Assembly: GCA_951406725.2 (NCBI GenBank)
Contig: OX597815.1
Span: 3,844,001-3,908,000, forward strand
Length of the DNA stretch: 64,000 bases
Direction of reading: 5' to 3'
Source of the DNA: Octopus vulgaris
Lineage: Eukaryota
Both the position numbers and the translations under genes were made by a program. Below are positions 1 through 12,420 of the stretch, piece after piece. Each line of letters starts with the position of its first letter. Position 1 is the stretch's first letter. Below the pieces are notes generated by a model. That model searched no databases. It was given only the letters and a program-made list of their open reading frames with translations, and was not told the origin of the DNA.

Positions 1-220
1 GTGGAGTCGCGTGGCTTAGTGGTTAGGGTGTCAGCATCATGATCGTAAGATTGTGGTTTCGATTCCTGGACCGGGCGACGCGTTATGTTCTTGAGCAAAA
101 CACTTCATTTCACGTTGCTCCAGTCCACTCAGCTGGCAAAAATGAGTAACGCTGCGATGGACTGGCGTCCCGTCCAGCATAGAAACCGGGGAACCGGGCC
201 CATGAGCCTGGCTTATCTTT
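1..220 (+). mobile_element. tRNA-derived SINE (family 3)
   Basis: Pol III A box (TGGCTTAGTGG) and B-box-like GTTTCGATTCC, followed by a TTGAGCAAAACACTT...GCTCCAGTCCACTCAGCTG body. Related copies at about 10260-10582(-), 19020-19250(-), 20138-20525(+), 39255-39500(+) and 51570-51735(+). Confidence 0.8.
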
Positions 221-257
221 AAAAGGGTACATCTATTATATATATATATATATATAT

Positions 258-304
<47 letters not shown>

Positions 305-312
<8 letters not shown>

Positions 313-723
313 TAAATGAAAGAATTGAGTCGAACGAAGATGTTAACAAAATTCCTTTATTCTCGACATATGTTTCGAAGACAACATGTTTTCATTCCAA
401 AGGAATAAAGGGTGCATTATGCAATCTTCTCATCAGAAGATTGCATAATGAGAAGATTGCATAATGCACCCTTTATTCCTTTGGAATCAAAACATGTTCG
501 AAACAATCGAAACATATGTCGAGAGTATAGGAATTTTGTTAACATCTTCGTTCGACTCCATTCTTTCATTTATTCATATACAACACACATTTTCTACACA
601 TGAACCCGGAGTTTCTACTCTTGGACAGGTCGCTTCAACCGTGTTTCTGACGTGAATTTCCTACCCAGGTTTCGGTTAAACGAATTTTCCATGCTGACGA
701 TAAACATAGGATAATTCATTCAC

Positions 724-725
<2 letters not shown>
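305..725. mobile_element. Rearranged copy of the (TA)n-embedded long-stem-II hammerhead element, with a fold-back palindrome (arms about 305-432 and 447-580)
   Basis: Homologous to 34280-34550, 43475-43822 and 63043-63395. The minus strand has CTGATGA...GAAACATATGTC, but the 5' strand of stem I is lost at the fold-back junction. (TA)n on both sides. Confidence 0.75.
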
Positions 726-781
<56 letters not shown>

Positions 782-1250
782 CTTATATCTGCAGACATGC
801 ATACATATATACTTACATGCACACATACACATACACTCATATTTATAACACACACACATATACACACACACACAAACAGACTCACACACACACACATATA
901 CAAATCGGAAACCTTAGATGTCCTTCTATCATAAGTTTACTGTGGTCGCTGTCTATAAAGTCAGGGACGCCCAATGTTCATTTTGCAGCCCACATCTCCG
1001 AACTTGAAAATACTCGGGCGTGTGTGTTCGTGCGTGTGTGTATGTAGTGTGAATGGAAGCTAATGTCGGCCACGGAATCCTCTGTGGGTTCGCCTTTTGT
1101 TCGAGTCAATTAAACTGGCGATGATAAAGAGATTCTTTTTATCTTAGTAGGACAATGGAGCTGTAGTTTGAGACAAACTGTCTTGTTGACATTCGATTAC
1201 GCACTTCCTTCTGGGTTACGAGGCAGCTTTTGTTACAATGCATATTCATA

Positions 1251-1307
<57 letters not shown>

Positions 1308-1401
1308 ACATACTGACGCTCAAACATACGCACACTTGGATATATACACATTTACATGCCTACTTACAAACACACACTATCTCATGTACGTATATACATA
1401 A

Positions 1402-1509
<108 letters not shown>

Positions 1510-1685
1510 CATACATATATATATACATATATATATATACATACATATATATATATATATATATAATTACATATATATACACGCACAAATATTTCAATAT
1601 CTATGGAATATATGTATTATACATACTCATGCATAATAAAATATACATATGTTCACATACACGCATACAGAGGCACATAGGGAGT

Positions 1686-1717
<32 letters not shown>

Positions 1718-2174
1718 ACATACAAAAGTATATGTGTATGCACTTCGTTGTGTATATTTGAGTATATATGTGTGTGGATGTATATTTGAGTATGCTTCTT
1801 TCTTGTATGTGTATGTTCGTTTGTGTGTATCTGTGTGTATGTATGAATGTATGTATGTATGTATTTATGTATGTATGTATGTATGTATGCATGTGTGTGT
1901 GTGTGTGTAGGTGCGTATGTGTGTTTGTAATTCGCCCACAAACCCCAGACCCCCGTCTGTATGTATAGACAAATGTAGACAGCTCGGCAAGAGACAATAC
2001 AACGCAACGATGGCCGGGTTTCAACGAGGACGCGCCATTCTGCTGTTCGGTTGTGGATTAAATTCTTTTGTGAATTTCAATCTTCGATGGAGGACAAAAT
2101 TAATCCCTTCAATTAGTAAATTGTTTCCAGAAATATGTTATAGTGAGATGTGTGTGTGTGTGTGTGTGTGTGCG

Positions 2175-2236
2175 TGTGTGTGTATTATAAATATGAGCGT
2201 ATGTGAATGTATGCATGTCTGTAGATATAAGATATA

Positions 2237-2298
<62 letters not shown>

Positions 2299-2452
2299 GG
2301 TATGTATATATGTATGTATATATACATACATACATACATGCATGCATACATTTTTATATATGTCGAAATTATCAACATTAAAATTCCTGTATTTGTGCCT
2401 GTGTGTGTGTATGTGTGTTATAAATATGACCGTATGCATGTCTGTAGATATA

Positions 2453-2504
<52 letters not shown>

Positions 2505-2608
2505 TTGTATGTAGGTATGTATATATGTATACATACATACATACATACATGTATTGATATTTTTATATATGTCGAAATTATCAACATTAAAATTCGTGTA
2601 TTTGTGTC

Positions 2609-2610
<2 letters not shown>
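2175..2610. repeat. Local tandem duplication (two units of about 200-230 bp) containing microsatellites
   Basis: TTATAAATATGA..GTATGCATGTCTGTAGATATAAGA..ATGTCGAAATTATCAACATTAAAATTC occurs twice in tandem. Confidence 0.8.
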
Positions 2611-2677
<67 letters not shown>

Positions 2678-2951
2678 TTTGTGTGTGTGTGAAAAACAGT
2701 TTGTCAACAAGACAATTTGTCTGAAACCCGACGCAGTATAGAAAATATTACATATGCATATATGCTAATATTCAGGTATATACACACGGTCACGAATATA
2801 CACACACACAAACACACACGCGCGCGTACGCACATACACACGCACATACACACATACACACATATTTACAGACCGTAAAGTGCAATGTACTGACCTGTTT
2901 TACAAAAGAACAAACGGTCAATCTTCCACTTGTTATTATTCAAACAAATCA

Positions 2952-3131
2952 TGGCGGCGAGATGGCAGAATTGTTAGCACGCTGGACGAAATGCTTACCG
3001 GTATTTCGCCCGTCGCTACGTTCTGAGTTCAAATTCCACTGTGTTCGACTTTGCCTTTTATCCTTTCGGGGTCGATAAATTAAGTACCAGTGAAACACTG
3101 GGGTTGATGCAATTGACTAATCCCCTCCCCT
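2952..3131 (+). mobile_element. tRNA-derived SINE (family 2, MetaSINE-like central domain)
   Basis: GGCGGCGAG.TGGCAGAA head, GAGTTCAAATTCC B box and GACTTTGCCTTTCATCCTTTCGGGGTCGATAAATTAAGTACCAG-type core, repeated many times in the window. Confidence 0.85.
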
Positions 3132-3319
3132 TTAGTTCAAAGGATTATGCTAATAAATCTTCTTTCTACAAACGCCATTCGAGACTGGACTACTATCCTA
3201 TTATGAGCCAGAATTATGAGCCAGAATTTTCAGTCAGCCAGGTGTATTTAAAATATAACGGTATCGACCTGACCGTCAGATGTTGTTATACATCGCTAGT
3301 CACAATATACATATATTTG

Positions 3320-3510
3320 TGTGTGTGTGTGTGTGTTTGTTCCCCCACCATCGCTTGACTGGGGTGTTTACGTCCCTCCAACTTACCGGTTCGACAAAAA
3401 GACCGATAGAATAAGTACTAGGCTTACATAGAATATGTCCCGGGGTCAATTTGTTCGACGAAAGTCGGTGCTCCAGCATGGCCAGAGTCAAATGACTGAA
3501 ACAAATAATA
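3320..3510 (+). mobile_element. SINE family 1, 3' half
   Basis: GACCGATAGAATAAGTACT...GGTGCTCCAGCATGGCC.CAGTCAAATGACTGAAAC-type tail, matching the other family 1 copies. Confidence 0.8.
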
Positions 3511-3514
3511 GAAT

Positions 3515-3571
<57 letters not shown>

Positions 3572-3771
3572 AGAGAGAAATATAAAAAGATAAAAATATT
3601 AATTGGCACAAATTAAATTTAAATGCTGAAGTGAATCTAACAGTTTTTTGTGAGTTTTTTTAAATGTCTTATAAATACCTTCCAAGCTTCAATTGTTTTT
3701 GTTTCAGTACACGATCTCAGATCAAGTCACTTGTTATGCAAATACACTTCCGTAATATATGTATATATATA

Positions 3772-4248
3772 TATTATATTAAATTAGAGATAAAACCACT
3801 ATTAGGCAAATCAAACAATGAAAAACTTAAGCCAATACATAAAATTAATTAATTTATATTATTTTAAATATATATCAAAACTATTAAAAATTTAATAAAA
3901 GATAATGAGTAAAACACTACGATCGTTTCATGGCTGTCCAATTCGTAATAATTCGAGTTATGGTTACAGTCAATCTTCAGGTGATTGAAATATCTAAAAT
4001 ATAATCAGAAATATTTAAACAATATTTTTAAGATATAAATAATATAATAATTTTACTTATAATAAACTCTATTATCAAACTAGAAACATAGAACTTAACA
4101 ATTATGATTATATCAAAATCGACTGTTAAATATTAATTTTAATTTATAAGGTAGGAAACCCACCCATAATCTAATATCGGTATTAGTCTATATTTAATTA
4201 CATAAATATTTAAAAATGACTAATATATATAAATTATCAATAAATTAC

Positions 4249-4250
<2 letters not shown>
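3772..4250 (-). mobile_element. Putative PLE terminal-repeat remnant in (TA)n
   Basis: The start TAAATTAGAGATAAAACCACTATTAGGCAAATCA recurs at about 58655, 61863 and 62761. Contains a hammerhead motif and is TA-flanked. Confidence 0.55.
3912..3986 (-). ncRNA. Type I hammerhead ribozyme motif
   Basis: Minus strand reads AATCAC-CTGAAGA-TTGACTGT...ACAGCCAT-GAAA-CGATCG-TA-GTGTTT: canonical core, imperfect stems I and II, palindromic stem III. Confidence 0.65.
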
Positions 4251-4279
<29 letters not shown>

Positions 4280-4280
<1 letters not shown>

Positions 4281-5477
4281 TCTCAAAATTGGCAAATGTT
4301 GGAATCCGTGGAAAAGTTCTACACTGGATCAAGTATTTCCTGGCGAATAGAACACAACATGTTGTAGTTGATGGAGTCCACTCAAGCCCAGCAAAAGTCA
4401 CCAGCGGTGTCCCCCAGGGGACTGTCTTGGGTCCGCTACTCTTCATAATCTACATAAACGACCTTTCCAGTGTCGTACATTACTGCAAAGTGAAAATATT
4501 TGCTGATGACACCAAGCTCCAGCAAATCGTCAATGAAGAAGCAGACCGAACTCAACTCCAGTCTGATCTATATGCTGTGAGTCAATGGGCAGACAGAAAC
4601 AAAATGCAACTGAACGAGGGAAAATTTGAGCTGATACATTTTGGAAGAAACTCCTCACTAAAACAGCCATACTCTCTTCCTTCAGGGGAACCGCTCACAG
4701 CCTCTAACAACATCAGAGACCTAGGTGTAATTGTTGATGACGATATCAGTTGGAGTGCACACATCAACAAGAAGGTCGATATAGCTCGTAGGTTGAGTTC
4801 CTGGATCTTAAGAACTTTCCGGTCCAGAGAACAAGGTGTCATCATACCACTCTTCTCCTCCTTTGTACGGCCACACCTCGAATACTGCTGCCCACTGTGG
4901 TCTCCCCATACAAGACAAAACATCTCGAGGATTGAATCACCCCAGAGAGCACTCACTAAACGAATTGAAGGCATGGCTGCTCTCGATTATTGGGATCGCC
5001 TTAAAGCCTTGAAACTCTACTCTCTCCAGCGTCGCCGTGAGCGGTACATCATTTGTACGATGTGGAGAATATACCACCAACTTTGCCCAAACGACCTGAA
5101 CATAAGCTTCAAGGTTCATCCAAGACTGGAACCACGGGCCATACGTCCCCTGCCCAATTCAAGATCACAGCATACTTATACACTACAACATAATTTCTTT
5201 TCCTCAACAGGCCCTGCCCTATTTAACATTGTCCCGAAAGAGATCAAAGAGGAACAGGATCCCATCAACTTTAAACGGAGTTTGGATAGATTCCTTCAAA
5301 GAATACCAGATAAGCCACCCATAATTGGATACAACTCACCCAACAAAAACTCACTACTTGAATGGACCATAAGCAAAACTTGACTTAAACAGGATTCAAA
5401 TAATCCTATCAGGTGGTGCTATTAAGTTAGACATGGCCTGGACCAATCATTGGTCGAAACACATCTAAGTTTATCTA

Positions 5478-5483
<6 letters not shown>
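4280..5483 (+). mobile_element. 5'-truncated CR1/L2-group LINE (family A); uninterrupted RT C-terminal ORF at 4289-5383
   Basis: RT motifs GVPQGTVLGPLLF and IFADD, plus RDLGV, RPHLEY and SLQRRRERY. Short 3' UTR ends in TCTAAGTTTA repeats. (TA)n on both sides. Confidence 0.93.
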
Positions 5484-5545
<62 letters not shown>

Positions 5546-6562
5546 TATATAAGGATAAGTATATTAAAAGAGGTCCGTGGAAAGACTCGTTTAAAAGAAA
5601 GGTTTGGGAACCACTGTTGGGAAGCACTGTTGGGAACCACTGGTTTAGCTAGTCGAAACTTCGAAGTCACTGTCAGTACTATCCTTGTTAAAGAATAATA
5701 AATTTGTAGACTACGAAATGCACTGACTAATCCTTCAGATTAATGTAAAATTGTTTTTATGGTAATCTAAAAACAAACATTAATATGTATGTAAAATATC
5801 TTCTGCTTTATAAACGAAAGGCATTTTATTAACAACACATTTTCGCAAAAAGAAAAGAAAGAAAAAAAGCTTTGAGCGTATAAAAGATTAAATCATTGAG
5901 AGAGAAAAAGTGCTTCACCATGGAAACTATGAAAAGGGGGAAATGTGATGGGGATTAAATAGCAGGAGGTGGGGAGGGAGAAAGTAACAGGTTGTACACT
6001 TCAGAACAAATGGCGTGTTTAGCTGCACTTTGAGGACATGACTGCACAGGCATTAGCTTGGAAAATGGCCGGCAGCACTCGGTGCAGCAGCCACCCTATT
6101 ACTTGGGGCTCATTTCTCAGACTGGCCGCAGATATCCCTATTTTGAAGAGAAAATCAGCCGTGCAGGGCCGGAGAAAACCTGAAGACTCGACAGCCTTCG
6201 GCAGAAACTGATAGCAGCCGGTCAGGCTGATGTACTAGTTCATCTCTCTTCCCTCTGCGTTACTGGCGGGTTTTGCGACCCACGAAATCCCAAATAATTC
6301 ATCGCAGAGCATATAACATCGAGTTATTGCGATTTGTCGTTCTCTGAAAACAGGATTCCAATTCCTCAGACTTCAAACTTCTTAGAGTATGGTTCCTTTA
6401 ATTCCGTTCTTCTCTGTTGGAATTTATTGGAAGATCCTGTCACCTGGAACCATCCTGATACCATGGATTTGGGGTACGTTCTCTTATCATTCAATGAATT
6501 CCTTTGAGGTGGCTTTTACAGAAGCAAGAAAGGAAAAGAGAATATGAATCTAATAGCTTATT

Positions 6563-6800
6563 TGTGGTGGTGGTGGTGGTGGTGGTAGTGGTGGTGATGG
6601 TGGTGGTGGTGGTGAAGATGGTGGTGGTGGTGGTGGTGAAGATGGTGGTGGTGGTGGTGGTGGTGGTAGTAGTGGTAATGTTAGTGATGATAGTGTTGAT
6701 AGTGGTCGTGGTGCTGCTGCTATTGCTGATACTGATGATGGTGTTGATACTAGTGGTGGTGGTGGTGGTGGTGGTGGTGGTGGTGGTGGTGGTGGTGGTG
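6563..6800. repeat. Degenerate (GGT)n microsatellite
   Basis: Directly visible in the sequence. Confidence 0.95.
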
Positions 6801-7476
6801 TTTGTGGTATGCGGTGTTGTTTAGTCGCAGGTTTGATCTGAGAAGGATTTGACTACTCTTTCCAGCGGGTCAGTGAACCGTCTTGATCCTCCCCTGTTAA
6901 TTCACAACTGATTGTTTCAGACAAATGGACACCCACCGCCACCACCGTCGCCAAAATGGTCTGAGTCGGTCAACCTCTGTTTCCAAATTTTCAATGGCTC
7001 TTAGAAAGAAAACTGTAATCTGTTAGTAAATGTAATTATTAGACACCAGGCTACAAGGGATTCCAAAAACCCAGTCTTCAGTAAGAATAATATTCCTAGA
7101 AAGGACATATTCAGCTAGTGATTTCTCCTCATCATTTACAATCACACACACGAGCACAAGTACACAAACATACAAGCACACACATGTAATATATATACAC
7201 ACACACGCAAATATAATATATAAATATATACACACACACATACTGTTGTAGTGAAACTGATACTTCCCTTCCAACGTAATAGAGTGGTATGACTCAGCCA
7301 CTATAAAGTCAGACAGTCAGTCGTTGTAGGTCAGTTGTAGTAGAGTCGTTGTAGGAGTTCTCAGTTGGAGTCAGTGTCAGTTACGAGATATATACGAGTT
7401 CGAGTTACCGCCAAGGAAGACGCTTCAAAGTCATTGTCTTGCACATTTATTATTATTATTATTGTTGTTGTTGTTG

Positions 7477-7516
<40 letters not shown>

Positions 7517-7542
7517 CATTATTATTATTATTATTATTATTA

Positions 7543-7619
7543 ATCAGGTCAGTACCTGGAATCGAACACAGAATCTTGGGGTTAGTAGCCCGCGCTCTTA
7601 ACCACTACGCCATATGCCC
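7543..7619 (-). pseudogene. tRNA-like sequence (pseudo-tRNA or short SINE head) followed by (AAT)n
   Basis: Minus strand reads GGGCATATGGCGTAGTGGTTAAGAGCGCGGGCTACTAACCCCAAGATTCTGTGTTCGATTCCAG: A and B boxes and an anticodon arm are present, but the acceptor stem is poor. Confidence 0.65.
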
Positions 7620-8029
7620 GTGGGCAGTAGTATGTATGTATGTATGTATGTGTGTATGTATGTATGTATGTATGTATGTATGTATGTATGTATGTGTGTA
7701 TGTATGTATGTATTGGTTGAAACGATTATAAAGCAAGGGGAGCAATTCATCTTTTGTCTTGCGGCAAAATTTCCCTTGCGGCGAAAAATTCTGAGCCGAG
7801 TTTTCCTGCGGCAAAAATGTTTGTGGCAAACTTTCCCGATACGACAAAATATTGTGTTCCTGCCAGCAATTACTAGGAATGTTTTTGATATATAAATTGG
7901 TTTGTCCAACAGTATTACATCGTATTTAAGCAATGTGTTCCAGGACAATTTGTAGATTGTATGTGGGTCCGATGAAAAAGCAATAATTCCTGAAATATGA
8001 ATATACACCCATTTTTTTATTTTTTATTT

Positions 8030-8440
8030 TTTTATCTAGTTTCAGCTCACAAGCTGTGGCTATGCTGGGGCACCGCCATTTGGTGTTGCTACATGATTTT
8101 ACTTCACGAATGCTTTTTAGCAATTGCCATTTGGTGCATGTGAGAGTTCGATGCAGCTGCCCTCATCTGCACTTCCTGCCGTGAAGTTGGTTCATCTGGG
8201 ACACCTGACAAGAAGAGGTCCAGCTTTATCTTGAAGACATCGGCAGGTCTCTCAGGTCCTTAGGGAGGATATTGAAGAGCTGTGGACCTCTGAAGCCCAG
8301 GCTATTGCAGTATCTTGTCCTACATCTTGATGGCAAATTTGGAGTCCTTGGCACTATGCAGTGTAACTCTCGAAGCCAAAGTTTGGGACAAGTCCTTCCA
8401 GGATCTTCCAGATGTATATTATGGCATATCTTTCTCGCCT
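8030..8440 (-). mobile_element. CR1/L2-group LINE 3' fragment (family B), degenerate
   Basis: Minus translation RRERYAIIYIWKILEGLVPNFG...GPQLFNILPKDL...FKIKLDLFLSGVPDEP. The 3' tail is GGCGGTGCCCCAGCAT.GCCACAGCTTGTGAGCTGAAAC. Shorter copies at about 26745-26940(-) and 58235-58305(-). Confidence 0.85.
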
Positions 8441-8934
8441 ACTTAATTTTCTATCTTGGATCGCATTGTTTACATGGACATATTCATATGCGAAACGTTG
8501 TAACTTGTTTGCTGGCTCTAAATATAGAAAGTTAAAACAATTTAAAATTAAAGTGAAGATTTTACTCGATACTTTTAGTAGAGTACATATTTATCAACTT
8601 TTACAAGGAAAACGATGACTGTGACTTCGAACTTTTGGCTTGCTCGTCTTCACGAGACAGTTTGATAAAAAAAAAAGAACTGGCCAAAAGCTCACAGATG
8701 AATGTCTGTACGTTTGTTTATCACAAGTTAGCGCCAATCATCAGAATCTTAGTTTCGCAGATTCAAAATGTATTTGGTTGTCTTACATTATTAAATTCCA
8801 TATTTATTGACAGACAACTTTGAATATCATTCATATATGCATACCATATCATATTGTATCACATGATATACTTAAAGTACTTTACAATTTCTATATAACA
8901 TTATCGATCAATATAAATGTGTGTGTATATATGT

Positions 8935-8998
<64 letters not shown>

Positions 8999-9084
8999 TA
9001 TGTATATATATATGTATATATATATATATATGTATACGTATATATATATGTATGTATATATGTATATATATATATATGTATATG

Positions 9085-9119
<35 letters not shown>

Positions 9120-9269
9120 GTATATATGTATGCATATGTATATTACTTCACATATTTGTATATAATATAGATCAATACACACACACAAGCATATCTGTAT
9201 GGATGTGTATATATATATTGTATGTACGCGCGGGTGTATTATTGTGTGTACATGTGTTTGCATGCATGC

Positions 9270-9328
<59 letters not shown>

Positions 9329-10002
9329 TGTGTGATATTTTGCTTTCAGCGCCAATTAGTCGTAACACATTGGCAGAATCATATATCAACATTTTGTTAT
9401 TATTAAAAAAAAAAACCCTCCCTCCTCACCGCACATGTTCACCCACCCACCCACCACACACAGATTATCTCGCCTTCTCTCTTCCTATCAAACCCCCTCA
9501 TTACACCACCACCACCACCACCACCCATCTCATCTTCATCATCACTGTCGTCATCATCGTCGTCGTCCTCTTCATCATCATCATGAATATTATCATATTT
9601 GTCGCCGTGTTTGCTATTTTTGTCAACATTCTTGGACGCCATCTTTTTTTAAATTTTTCCTTTATTTTATTCATTTTTCTTCATTTTGTTTCAACGAAAT
9701 CTCACTGGGACCATAACTCACGCATTCGTACATGATAATATATTATTACAATTTACATAGTTTAGTAAAGAGCATGCAATGAAAACGGACGAATCAACAA
9801 ATGTAATTAGCGGGAATGAAATAAAGGTTTTATGCCGCGCCTCTTTGCATTGTTAGCTTTCTTTTCAATGACTTTTATGCCCACTTCCGGTAATACTGTC
9901 TGAGAAAACAACACAGCGTCGCCATTGCGTCTGATTACACATTTGTAATACGTTTATGTCGTCCATGTTGCAAAATAGCAAAAGCAAAACAAAGGAGAGG
10001 GC

Positions 10003-10047
<45 letters not shown>

Positions 10048-11589
10048 TAGAAGAATGAGAAGAATGATAATAATAATTGGTGTAAAACTATATGAAATAT
10101 TCGATCGAAGATAAAATAATTAAATAAATTATTATTCACTTTCATTTAACATGCCTAAGAAACTTCCATCGCATTTTAGAAGTGACAAAAACAAAATACG
10201 CATTTTGTCTTCTTGCGCTGGTAAGTAATTTTTCTGGTTTCTAGTTTAGCGCCATGTAAGAAAGAAATTCGTCCGATTACAGCAATGAGCGTTCCAGTTG
10301 ATCCAGTCAACAGAACAGCCTCATCGTGAAATTAACATGCAAGTGGCTGGGTACTCCACAGACATGCGTACCCTTAATGTAGTTCTCAGCGAGATTTAAC
10401 GTGACACAAAATGTAACAATACAGACCTTATGAATTACAGGTACAAGTCATTTTTACCAGTTGGGTGGACTGGATCAACGTGGAGTAAAGTGTCTTGCTC
10501 AAGGACAGTCTACGCCGCCTAGAATCGAACTCACGGCCCTACGATCGGAAGCCGAATACTTTAACTACTGAATCAGGTGCCTTCTTTGCAAGTAAATACA
10601 ATATGGCTAACAGCATCCTGGAATAAAGTATGAAACCCTAAATTTATTCTAAATAAACTGCTGTACGAGTGTTGTATATTTTGGTCAGAGCCATTGCCAT
10701 ACAGGAAGTAAAACATGTATTTTTAGCTATGATGTTTTGTGATAAACATCGGCCACCAGGGTGCTGCTTCACTGCTATGTTTTTGTTGTCATCTACTCAT
10801 TGCAAACAGGTGATAGATGGATGAACATATCTTTCATCTTTTAGGAGAATTTTCATTTAGATACATAAATGTTTCTTAAAGAGAAACTAGTAGACAAATA
10901 GTGTAAGACAGTTGTAGATTTTGTATGTTGGGGAAAGAGGTGTCATGAAATAATGTGACATAATCCTATAGCTGCCGAGATACCGGAAGTAATTTTTCGT
11001 AAGTTTGTGCTGACAGACTGAGATATTTTAGCTTGTTTTCAATATTTTATCACAGGTAACAATTATTGGGCCTAACAGGCTTATGCTTGTGTATATGTAT
11101 TTGTGTGTGCGTGTGTGTGTGTGTGTGTATGTGTGTGACTCAATAATCACAGGATTTAAATATAAGCTATCGTAAGTTTCACGCTCGGATATTACAATTA
11201 TCCAACGGGATTGTATATAGTGCTTAGTACTATTCTAGAATCGCTCAGGTTCAAAAATAAATATGGATGCTCTTTGAGAAAAATCAAGGAAAATGCAAAA
11301 AAAAAAGTAAAAATAAACAATGAGAGAAACGAGAAACTAAAGTAACCCTGCATACTCGGCCAAATGGGAAAGTATCTAGATTACTGAAATTACATTTTGG
11401 AGTAGATGCCTGGTGTGACCTACGCGTAATAATACTTTTCATGTTGTGGCAGCAACTATAAGAAATTTGCATGAAACATGAAAGATTTTCATATAACGAT
11501 GGCTATTCGGGAAATGCTTATCAAGGCTAGCAATTTTCAGCCTATATTTGTCTTAAAAGCCTAGGAGGAGGGAGTGCAAATTCATATAT

Positions 11590-11823
11590 ATATTTCTTTA
11601 CTACCCACAAGGGGCTAAACACAGAGGGGACAAAGAAGGACAGACAAAGGGATTAAGTCGATTACATCGACTCCAGTGCGTAACTGGTACTTAATTTATC
11701 GACCCCGAAAGGATGAAAGGCAAAGTCGACCTCGGCGGAATTTGATCCCAGAACATAACGGCAGACGAAATACGGCTCCGCAGTTCGCCCGGCGTGCTAA
11801 CGTTTCTGCCAGTTCGCCGCCTT
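11590..11823 (-). mobile_element. SINE family 2, full length
   Basis: Reverse complement of the family 2 head, core and CCCCTTGTGGGTAGTAAAGAAATA tail. Confidence 0.85.
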
Positions 11824-12061
11824 GCGTGTAAATTCGTGTAAATTCATATAGCCTTCTTAAGTCTATTTTTAGGCTTCATTTTTTTTTATATGGTCGAAGT
11901 ATACATTATTCTATCTTTAAAGACACTGTTAACCAAGGTGCTATTATAGTATTATAATAGAATATGTCCTTAGAAGAGGAGATATTAGATATCTTATTAC
12001 TAATATTAACTACAAGGTTTTAAAAGAAGATGGGAATGGTGACATGAATATTTTTACATAT

Positions 12062-12161
12062 ACTCTCTTTTACTCTTTTGCCGAACCGCTAAGTGACGGG
12101 GACGTAAACACACCAGCATCGGTTGTCAAGCAATGCTAGGGGGACAAACACAGACACACAA

Positions 12162-12248
<87 letters not shown>

Positions 12249-12420
12249 TACATATATACGACAGGCTTCTTTCAGTTTCCGTCTACCAAATCCACTCACA
12301 AGGCATTGGTCGGCCCGGGGCTATAGCAGAAGACACTTGCCCAAGATGCCACGCAGTGGGACTGAACCCGGAACCATGTGGTTGGTTAGCAAGCTACTTA
12401 CCACACAGTCACTCCTGCGC
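12062..12420 (-). mobile_element. SINE family 1 (tRNA head, internal (TA)/(TG) microsatellite, LINE-like tail)
   Basis: Head GCGCAGGAGTG.CTGTGTGGTAAG...GGTTCAGTCCCACTGCG. Further copies at about 15977-16350, 27445-27835, 29101-29488, 32660-33035, 42342-42803, 53450-53879, 56467-56757 and 57460-57925 (all -), and 38843-39198 and 40600-40752 (+). Confidence 0.85.

Noticed and set aside
5436-5462. LINE/SINE tail hairpin-GAAAC as half of a hammerhead
   Set aside because: No CUGANGA-type segment precedes the hairpin; more simply a LINE 3' recognition stem-loop.
7543-7619. Functional tRNA gene
   Set aside because: The acceptor and T stems pair poorly and it runs into an (AAT)n tail; better explained as a retroposed or SINE-like copy.
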